Shown here one piece after another: positions 1 through 9,829 of a stretch of DNA of 11,098 nt. Position numbers and translations under genes: made by a program. Position 1 is the first letter of the stretch; each line of letters begins with the position of its first letter. The notes beneath the pieces were generated by a model, which saw only the letters and a list, made by a program, of their open reading frames with translations, ran no database searches and was not told the DNA's origin. Origin of the DNA: Octopus sinensis (Eukaryota); NCBI RefSeq assembly GCF_006345805.1, contig NW_021827135.1, forward strand, positions 1 to 11,098. The letters run 5' to 3'.

Positions 1-3000
1 GAGGTCCCTAGATTGTGATATGTGAGTATTTTAGATAATTAATAAATCCTTATATATTCGAACATATTATGATGAAATTTGGTAGATTCTTAGATTTGAG
101 TAATGGGGGTATTTGAGATTATTTATAGATACGTCAATATTGTGTAACATATTATGCAATTTCGGAATTCCCTAGATTTAAGGATATTTGGTATTTGAGA
201 TTTTTACTAAATTACCTAAAATATGCGTAGCGTAAATATTTGAAATTTGGGAGGTTCCTAAATTTGAGGATATGCAATTGAGGAGGTCCCTAGATGTGAG
301 GATATGGGAATACTGAGATTAGATTATGGAATAAATTACGTAATATATTGCTTAATATTAATGCAATTTCGGAGGGTCCCTAGATGTGAGGATATGGGAA
401 TACTTGAGATTATGTAATAAATTACGTAATATATTGCTTAATATATAATGCAATTTGGGAGGTCCCTAGATGTGAGGATATGGGAATATTGAGATTTTAT
501 AATAAATTACGAATATATTGCTTAAAATATTATGAAATTTGTAGAGGTTTTAGATTTGAGGAATGGGGGGGTACTGAGATATTTAATAAATTATTCATTT
601 CAATTTGGGGAGATCCATAAATTTGAGGATATGGGGGTACTGAGATTTTGTATATAAATAGTAATATATTATGTAAAATATTCAATTTGGGAGGTTTCTG
701 TATGTGTGGATATGTGGGTATTTAAGATTATGTAATAAATTATTGATAATATATTGCGTGACAATTGTGCAATTTTAGAAGGTCCCTAGATATGAGGATA
801 TGGGGCTACTTGAGATTATGTATAAATTACGTAATATATTTGTAATATATTATACAATTTGAGGAGGTCCCTAGATTTGATGATATGTGAGTATTTTAGA
901 TAATTAATAAATTCCTTATATATTCGAACATATTATGAAATTTGTAGAGTTCTTTAGATTTGAGTAATGGGGGTATTTGAGATTATTTAATAGATAACGT
1001 AATATATTGGTAACATATTATGCAATTTCGGGAATTCCCTAGATTTAAGGATATTTGGTATTTGAGATTATTACTAAATTACCTAAAATATTGCGTAACA
1101 TATTTTGAAATTGGGAGGTTCCTAAATTTGAGGATATGCAATTTGAGGAGCCGGTCCCTAGATGTGAGGATATGGAATACTTGAGATATGTAATAAATTA
1201 CGTAATATATTGCTTAATATATAATGCAATTTTGGGAGGTCCCTAGATGTGAGGATATGGGAATACTTGAGATTATGTAATAAATTACGTAATATATTGC
1301 TTAATATATAATGCAATTTTGGGAGGTCCCTAGATGTGAGGATATGGGAATACTTGAGATTTTATAATAAATTACGAATATATTGCGTAAAATATTATGA
1401 AATTTGTAGAGGTCTTTAGATTTGAGGAATGGGGGTACTTGAGATTATTTAATAAAATATGTAATATATTGCGTAACATATTATTTAATTAGGGGAAGTC
1501 CCTAGATGTGACGATATGGGGTACTTGAGATTATTTAATAAATTACCTAATATATTGGGTAACATATTATGAAATTTGGGGAATTCCCTAGATTTGAGGA
1601 TATGTGAGTATTTGAGATTATTTAATAAATTACGTAATATATTAGGAAACATATTATCCAATTTGGGAGGGGTTCTAAATTTGAGGATATGCAATTTGAA
1701 GAGGTCCCTAGATGTGACGATATGGGGTACTTGAGATTATTTAATAAATTACCTAATATATTGGGTAACATATTATGAAATTTGGGGAATTCCCTAGATT
1801 TGAGGATATGTGAGTATTTGAGATTATTAATAAATTACGAATATATTAGGTAACATATTATTCAATTTGGGAGGTCCTAAATTTGAGGATATGCAATTTG
1901 AGGAGGTCCCTAGATGTGACAAAATGGGGGGTCTTGAGATTATTTATAAATTACCTAATATATTGCGTAACATATTATGAAATTTTGGGAATTCCCTAGA
2001 TTTGAGGATATGTGAGTATTTGAGATTATTTAATAAATTACCTAAAAATTGCGTAACATATTATGAAATTTGTAGAGGTCTTTAGATTGAGGAAGGGGGG
2101 TACTTGAGATTATTAATAAATTATGTCATTTCATTTGGGGAGATCCCTAAATTTGAGAATATGGGGGTACTTGAGATTATGTAATAAATTACGTAATTAT
2201 TATGTAACATATTATTCAATTTGGGGAGGTTTTTGTATGTGTGGATATGTGGGTATTTAAGATTATGTAATAAATTATGTATTATATTGCGTGACATATT
2301 ATGACTTTAGAAGGTCCCTAGATATGAGGATATGGGGCTACTTGAGATTATGTAATAAATTACGTATATATTTGTAATATATTATACAATTTGAGGAGGT
2401 CCCTAGATTTGATGATATGTGAGTATTTTAGATAATTTAATAAATACCTTATATATTCGAACATATTATGAAATTTGTAGAGTTCTTTAGATTTGAGTAA
2501 TGGGGGTATTTGAGATTATTTAATAGATAACGTAATATATTGTGTAACATATTATGCAATTTCGGAATTCCCTAGATTTGAGGATATTTGGTATTTGAGA
2601 TTATTTATAAATTACCTAAAATATTGCGTAACATATTATGAATTTGGGAGGTTCCTAAATTTGAGGATATGCAATTTGAGGAGGTCCCTAGATGTGAGGA
2701 TATGGGAATACTTGAGATATGTAATAATACGTAATATATTGCTTAATATAATGCAATTTGGGAGGTCCCTAGATGTGAGGATATGGGAATACTTGAGATT
2801 ATGTAATAAATTACGTAAATATTGCGTAATATATAATCAATTTGGGGGTCCCTAGATGTGAGGATATGGGAATACTTGAGATTTTATAATAAATACGAAT
2901 ATATTGCGTAAAATATTATGAAATTTGTAGAGGTCTTTAGATTTGAGGAATGGGGGTACTTGAGATTATTTAATAAAATATGTAATATATTGCGTAACAT

Positions 3001-4399
3001 ATTATTCAATTAGGGGAAGTCCTACTAGATGTGACGATATGGGGTACTTGGATTGAGATTATTTAATAAATTACTCATATATTGGGTAACATATATGAAA
3101 TTTGGGGAATTCCCTAGATTTGAGGATACGTGAGTATTGAGATTATTTAATAAATACGTAATATATTAGGAAACATATTATTCAATTTGGAGGTTCCTAA
3201 ATTTGAGAATATGCAATTCGAGGAGGTCCCTAGATGTGACGATATGGGGGTACTTGAGATTATTTAATAAATTACCTAAAATATTGCGTAACATATTATG
3301 AAATTTGTAGAGGTCTTTAGATTTGAGGAATGGGGGTACTTGAGATTATTTAATAAATTATGTCATTTTAATTTGGGGAGATCCCTAAATTTGAGAATAT
3401 GGGAAAACTTGAGATTATGTAATAAATTACGTAATATATTATGTAACATATTATTCAATTTGGGGAGGTTTCTGTATGTGTGGATATGTGGGTATTTAAG
3501 ATTATGTAATAAATTATGTAATATATTGCGTGACATATTATGCAATTTTAGAAGGTCCCTAGATATGAGGATATGGGGCTACTTGAGATTATGTAATAAA
3601 TTACGTAATATATTTGTAATATATTATAGAATTTGAGGAGGTCCCTAGATTTGATGATATGTGAGTATTTTTGATAATTTAATAAATACCTTATATATTT
3701 CGAACATATTATGAAATTTGTAGAGTTCTTAAGATTTGAGTAATGGGGGTATTTGAGATTATTTAATAGATAACGTAATATATTGTGTAACATATTATGC
3801 AATTATGCAATTTCGGGAATTCCCTAGATTTGAGGATATTTGGTATTTGAGATTATTTACTAAATTACCTAAAATATTGCGTAACATATTATGAAATTTG
3901 GGAGGTTCCTAAATTTGAGGATATGCAATTTGAGGAGGTCCCTAGATGTGAGGATATGGGAATACTTGAGATTATGTAATAAATTACGTAATATATTGCT
4001 TAATATATAATACAATTTTGGGAGGTCCCTAGATGTGAGGATATGGGAATACTTGAGATTATGTAATAAATTACGTAATATATTGCTTAATATTAATGCA
4101 ATTTTGGGAGTCCCCTAGATGTGGAGATATGGGAATACTTGAGATTTTATAATAAATTACGAATATATTGCGTAAAATATTATGAATTTGTAGAGGTCTT
4201 TAGATTTGAGGAATGGGGGTACTTGAGATTATTTAATAAAATATGTAATATATTGCGTAACATTTATTCATTAGGGAAGTCCTAGATGTGACGATATGGG
4301 GTACTTGAGATTTTTAATAAATTACCTAATATATTGGGTAACATATTATGAAATTTGGGGAATTCCCTAGATTTGAGGATATGTGAGTATTTGAGATTA

Positions 4400-5730
4400 T
4401 TTAATAAATTACGTAATATATTAGGAAACATATTATCCAATTTGGGAGGTTCCTAAATTTGAGGATATGCAATTTGAAGAGGTCCCTAGATGTGACGATA
4501 TGGGGTACTTGAGATTATTTAATAAATTACCTAATATATTGAGTAACATATTATGAAATTTGGGGAATTCCCTAGATTTGAGGATATGTGAGTATTTGAG
4601 ATTATTTAATAAATTACGTAATATATTAGGTAACATATTATTCAATTTTGGGAGGTTTCTGTATGTGTGCATATGTGGGTATTTAAGATTATGTAATAAA
4701 TTATGTAATATATTGCGTGAGATATTATGCAATTTTAGAAAGTCCCTAGATATGAGGATATGGGGGTACTTGAGATTATGTAATAAATTACGTAATATAT
4801 TGCTTAATATATAATGCAATTTTGGGAGGTCCCTAGATGTGAGGATATGGGAATACTTGATATTTTATAATAAATTACGAATATATTGCGTAAAATATTA
4901 TGAAATTTGTAGAGGTCTTTAGATTTGAGGAATGGGTACTTGAGATTATTTAATAAAATATGTAATATATTGAGTAACATATTATGAAATTTGGGGAATT
5001 CTCTAGATTTGAGGATATGTGAGTATTTGAGATTATTTAATAAATTACCTAATATATTAGGTAACATATTATTTAATTTGGGAGGTCACTAAATTTGAGG
5101 ATATGCAATTTGAGGAGGTCCCTAGATGTGACAAAATGGGGTACTTGAGATTATTTAATAAATTATGTCATTTCAATTTGGGGAGATCCCTAAATTTGAG
5201 AGATGGGGCTACTTGAGATTATGTAATAAATTACCTAATATATTATGTAACATATTATTCAATTTGGGGAGGTTTCTGTATTTGTGGATATGTGGGTATT
5301 TAAGATTATGTAATAAATTATGTAATATATTGCGTGACATATTATGCAATTTTAGAAGGTCCCTAGATATGAGGATATGGGGCTACTTGAGATTATGTAA
5401 TAAATTACGTAATATATTTGTAATATATTATACAATTTGAGGAGGTCATTAGATTTGATGATATGTGAGTATTTTAGATAATTTAATAAATACCTTATAT
5501 ATTTCGAACATATTATGAAATTTGTAGAGTTCTTTAGATTTGAGTAATGGGGGTATTTGAGATTATTTAATAGATAACGTAATATATTGTGTAACATATT
5601 ATGCAATTTCGGGAATTCCCTAGATTTGAGGATATTTGGTATTTGAGATTATTTACTAAATTACCTAAAATATTGCGTAACATATTATGAAATTTGGGAG
5701 GTTCCTAAATTTGAGGATATGCAATTTGAG
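4400..5730. repeat. Copy 1 of a recent ~1.3 kb duplication within the array (boundaries approximate)
   Basis: Private variants GTGTGCATATG, GCGTGAGAT, TTCTCTAG and GTCACTAAAT occur only here and in ~7325-8585. The offset is 2925 bp (4449 vs 7374). ORFs 4560-4814 and 7485-7739 translate identically. Confidence 0.85.
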
Positions 5731-5993
5731 GAGGTCCCTAGATGTGAGGATATGGGAATACTTGAGATTATGTAATAAATTACGTAATATATTGCTTAAT
5801 ATATAATACAATTTTGGGAGGTCCCTAGATGTGAGGATATGGGAATACTTGAGATTATGTAATAAATTACGTAATATATTGCTTAATATATAATGCAATT
5901 TTGGGAGGTCCCTAGATGTGAGGATATAGGAATACTTGAGATTTTATAATAAATTACGAATATATTGCGTAAAATATTATGAAATTTGTAGAG
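5272..5993. repeat. Representative higher-order repeat core (722 bp; eight distinguishable-position monomers plus one 33 bp unit)
   Basis: Unit lengths are 87, 86, 85, 86, 85, 33, 87, 87 and 86 bp. The same ordered set of monomer variants starts at ~693, ~2229, ~3467, 5272, ~6405 and 8129, with partial copies at 1 and ~9366. The diagnostic TTCGAA marker occurs at 57, 923, 2456, 3699, 5503, 6631, 8360 and 9596. Confidence 0.9.
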
Positions 5994-7324
5994 GTCTTTA
6001 GATTTGAGGAATGGGGGTACTTGAGATTATTTATAAAAATGTAATATATTGCGTAACATATTATTCAATTAGGGGAAGTCCCTAGATGTGACGATATGGG
6101 GTACTTGAGATTATTTAATAATAAATTACCTAATATATTGGGTAACATATTATGAAATTTGGGGAATTCCCTAGATTTGAGGATATGTGAGTATTTGAGA
6201 TTATTAATAAATTACCTAAAATATTGCGTAACATATTATGAAATTTGTAGAGGTCTTTAGATTTGAGGAATGGGGTACTTGAGATTATTTAATAAATTAT
6301 GTCATTTCAATTTGGGGAGATCCTAAATTTGAGAGATGGGCTCTATTGAGATTATGTAATAAATTACCTAAATATTATGTAACATATTATTCAATTTGGG
6401 GGGGGGTTCTGTATTTGTGGATATGTGGGTATTAAGATTATGTAATAAATTATGTAATATATTGCGTGACATATTATGCAATTTTAGAAGGTCCTAGATA
6501 TGAGGTATGTGGGGCTACTTGAGATTATGTAATAATACGTAATATATTTGTAATATATTATACAATTTGAGGAGGTCATTAGATTTGATGATATGTGAGT
6601 ATTTAGATAATTAATAAATACCTTATATATTTCGAACATATTATTAGAATTTGTAGAGTTCTTAGATTTGAGTAATGGGGGTATTGAGATTATTTAATAG
6701 ATAACGTAATATATGGTGTAACATATTATGCAATTTCGGGAATTCCCTAGATTTGAGGATATTTGGTATTTGAGATTATTTACTAAATTACCTAAATATT
6801 GCGTACATATTATGAAATTGGGAGGTTCCTAAATTTGAGGATATGCAATTGAGGAAGTCCCTAGATGTGAGGATATGGGAATACTTGAGATTATGTAATA
6901 AATTACGTAATATATTGCTTAATATATAATACAATTTTGGAGGTCCCTAGATGTGAGGATATGGGAATACTTGAGATTATGTAATAAATTAAATTACGTA
7001 ATATATTGCTTAAATATAATGCAATTTTGGGAGGTCCTAGATGTGAGGATATAGGAAACTTGAGATTTTATAATAAATTACGAATATATTGCGTAAAAAT
7101 ATGAAATTTGTTAGAGGTCTTTAGATTTGAGGAATGGGGGTACTTGAGATTATTTAATAAAAATATGTAATATATTGCGTAACATATTATTCAATTAGGG
7201 GAAGTCCCTAGATGTGACGATATGGGGTACTTGAGATTATTTAATAAATACCTAATATATTGGGTAACATATTATGAAAATTGGGGAATTCCTAGATTTG
7301 AGGATATGTGAGTATTTGAGATTA

Positions 7325-8585
7325 TTTAATAAATTACGTAATATATTAGGAAACATAGTATCCAATTTGGGAGGTTCCTAAATTTGAGGATATGCAATTT
7401 GAAGAGGTCCCTAGATGTGACGATATGGGGTACTTGAGATTATTTAATAAATTACCTAATATATTGAGTAACATATTATGAAATTTGGGGAATTCCCTAG
7501 ATTTGAGGATATGTGAGTATTTGAGATTATTTAATAAATTACGTAATATATTAGGTAACATATTATTCAATTTTGGGAGGTTTCTGTATGTGTGCATATG
7601 TGGGTATTTAAGATTATGTAATAAATTATGTAATATATTGCGTGAGATATTATGCAATTTTAGAAAGTCCCTAGATATGAGGATATGGGGGTACTTGAGA
7701 TTATGTAATAAATTACGTAATATATTGCTTAATATATAATGCAATTTTGGGAGGTCCCTAGATGTGAGGATATGGGAATACTTGAGATTTTATAATAAAT
7801 TACGAATATATTGCGTAAAATATTATGAAATTTGTAGAGGTCTTTAGATTTTAGGAATGGGTACCTGAGATTATTTAATAAAATATGTAATATATTGAGT
7901 AACATATTATGAAATTTGGGGAATTCTCTAGATTTGAGGATATGTGAGTATTTGAGATTATTTAATAAATTACCTAATATATTAGGTAACATATTATTTA
8001 ATTTGGGAGGTCACTAAATTTGAGGATATGCAATTTGAGGAGGTCCCTAGATGTGACAAAATGGGGTACTTGAGATTATTTAATAAATTACCTAATATAT
8101 TATGTAACATATTATTCAATTTGGGGAGGTTTCTGTATTTGTGGATATGTGGGTATTTAAGATTATGTAATAAATTATGTAATATATTGCGTGACATATT
8201 ATGCAATTTTAGAAGGTCCCTAGATATGAGGATATGTGGCTACTTGAGATTATGTAATAAATTACGTAATATATTTGTAATATATTATACAATTTGAGGA
8301 GGTCATTAGATTTGATGATATGTGAGTATTTTAGATAATTTAATAAATACCTTATATATTTCGAACATATTATGAAATTTGTAGAGTTCTTTAGATTTGA
8401 GTAATGGGGGTATTGAGATATTTAATAGATTAACGTAATATATTGTGTAACATATTATGCAATTTCGGGAATTCCCTAGATTTGAGGATATTTGGTATTT
8501 GAGATTATTACAAATTACCTAAAAATATTGCGTAACATATTATGAAATTTGGGAGGTTCCTAATTTGAGGATATGCATTTGAGGA
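7325..8585. repeat. Copy 2 of the recent duplication, lacking 68 bp relative to copy 1 (boundaries approximate)
   Basis: The offset changes from 2925 to 2857 (5272 vs 8129; 5503 vs 8360), because 5166-5233 has no counterpart at ~8090. Confidence 0.85.
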
Positions 8586-9682
8586 GGTCCCTAGATGTGA
8601 GGATATGGGAATACTTGAGATTATGTAATAAATTACGTAATATATTGCTTAATATATAATGCAATTTTGGGAGGTCCCTAGATGTGAGGATATGGGAATA
8701 CTTGAGATTATGTAATAAATTACGTAATATATTGATTATATATAATGCAATTTTGGGAGGTCCCTAGATGTGAGGATATGGGAATACTGAGATTTTATAA
8801 TAAATACGAATATATTGCGTAAAATATTATGAAATTTGTAGAGGTCTTTAGATTTGAGGAATGGGGGTACTTGAGATTATTTAATAAAATATGTAATATA
8901 TGCGGAACATATTATTCAATTAGGGGAAGTCCCTAGATGTGACGATGGGGTACTTGAGATTATTAATAAATTACCTAAGATATTGGGTAACATATTATGA
9001 AATTTGGGAATTCCCTAGATTTGAGGATATGTAGTATTGAGATGATTTAATAAATTACGTAATATATTAGGAAACATATTATTATCCAATTTGGGAGGTT
9101 CCTAATTTGAGGATATGCAATTTGAAGAGGTCCCTAGATGTGACGATATGGGTACTTGAGATTATTTAATAAATTACTTAAAATATTGCGTAACATATAT
9201 GAAATTTGTAGAGGTCTTTAGATTTGAGGAATGGGGTACTTGAGATTATTAATAAATCTATTCATTTCAATTTAAGGAGATCCCTAAATTGAGGATATGG
9301 GGGTTACTTGAGATTTTGTAATAAATACCTAATATATTATGTAACATATTATTCAATTTAGGGAGGTTTCTGTATTTGTGGATATGTGGGTATTTAAGAT
9401 TATGTAATAAATTATGTAATATATTGCGTGACAATTATGCAATTTTAGAAAGGTCCCTAGATATGAGGATATGGGGCTACTTGAGATTATGTAATAATTA
9501 CGCGTAATATTCTGTAATTATATATACAATTTGAGGAGGTCATTAGATTTGATGATATGTGAGTATTTTAGATATTTAATAAATACCTTATATATTTCGA
9601 AATATTATGAAATTTGAAGAGTTAGTAGATTTGAGTAAGAGTAATGGGGGTATTGAGATTATTTAATAGATAACGTAATATT

Positions 9683-9690
9683 GTGTAACA
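9683..9690 (+). other. Candidate left target-site duplication GTGTAACA (nnnTAnnn)
   Basis: These are the last 8 satellite bases before the element. hAT elements make 8 bp TSDs, and the Buster group prefers TA at positions 4-5. The right-hand copy lies outside the window, so the duplication is not confirmed. Confidence 0.7.
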
Positions 9691-9740
9691 CAGGGGTGGC
9701 CAACGGTCGATCGGGCATGTTTCGTGGTCGATCGCTCGAT
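9691..9740 (+). repeat. Left terminal inverted repeat (~9691-9704) plus subterminal GGTCGATCG repeats
   Basis: CAGGGGTGGCCAAC at 9691-9704. GGTCGATCG at 9705-9713 and 9726-9734, and TCGAT at 9736-9740. The exact TIR length cannot be fixed without the right end. Confidence 0.8.
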
Positions 9741-9746
9741 ATATAA
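9740..9746 (+). promoter_or_regulatory. Possible TATA box of the transposase promoter
   Basis: TATATAA lies just after the subterminal repeats and ~85 bp upstream of the inferred ATG. The evidence is weak given the AT-rich context. Confidence 0.25.
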
Positions 9747-9829
9747 TTGCTAATTATTTTTTTGTATTTAAAATATTATAAAAAAAATATTTATCAATAT
9801 TAAAGTAAGTATTTTTCACGTGTCTTGTT

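Larger units (their letters stand above)
1..9690. repeat. Tandem satellite DNA array, ~85-87 bp diverged monomers (about 30% GC) with interspersed 33 bp and ~68 bp truncated units; continues beyond the left edge
   Basis: Seen directly. An example monomer is 5821-5907, GTCCCTAGATGTGAGGATATGGGAATACTTGAGATTATGTAATAAATTACGTAATATATTGCTTAATATATAATGCAATTTTGGGAG (87 bp, 26 G+C). Homologous starts fall at 5272, 5359, 5445, 5530, 5616, 5701, 5734, 5821, 5908 and 5994. The pattern is uninterrupted until 9690. I do not recognise a named family. Confidence 0.97.

Noticed and set aside
1485-8297. Many 60-132 aa Leu/Asn-rich ORFs on both strands, with a superficially LRR-like pattern (LGNLLNNLKY)
   Set aside because: They are translations of the satellite. 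Even in clean regions monomer lengths are 85, 86 and 87 bp, so frame is not preserved. The L-x-x-x periodicity simply reflects the 12 bp subunit, and no proper LxxLxLxxN motif is present.
9633-9644. GAGTAA-GAGTAA duplication near the insertion, and similar 3-5 bp duplications at ~6117 and ~6985
   Set aside because: They are singletons in noisy segments and cannot be distinguished from read error.
1-9690. CRISPR-like repeat/spacer appearance
   Set aside because: The apparent spacers are all homologous to each other, the repeats are not invariant, there are no cas genes, and the neighbouring element is eukaryotic.
1-9690. Telomeric repeat or G-quadruplex array suggested by the G-rich strand
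   Set aside because: There is no short telomeric unit, and the G-runs are at most about two per monomer and too widely spaced for a canonical G4.
9805-9822. GTAAGT splice-donor-like motif (9805-9810) and CACGTG E-box (9817-9822)
   Set aside because: These are single short motifs. There is no convincing acceptor at intron distance and no other support.
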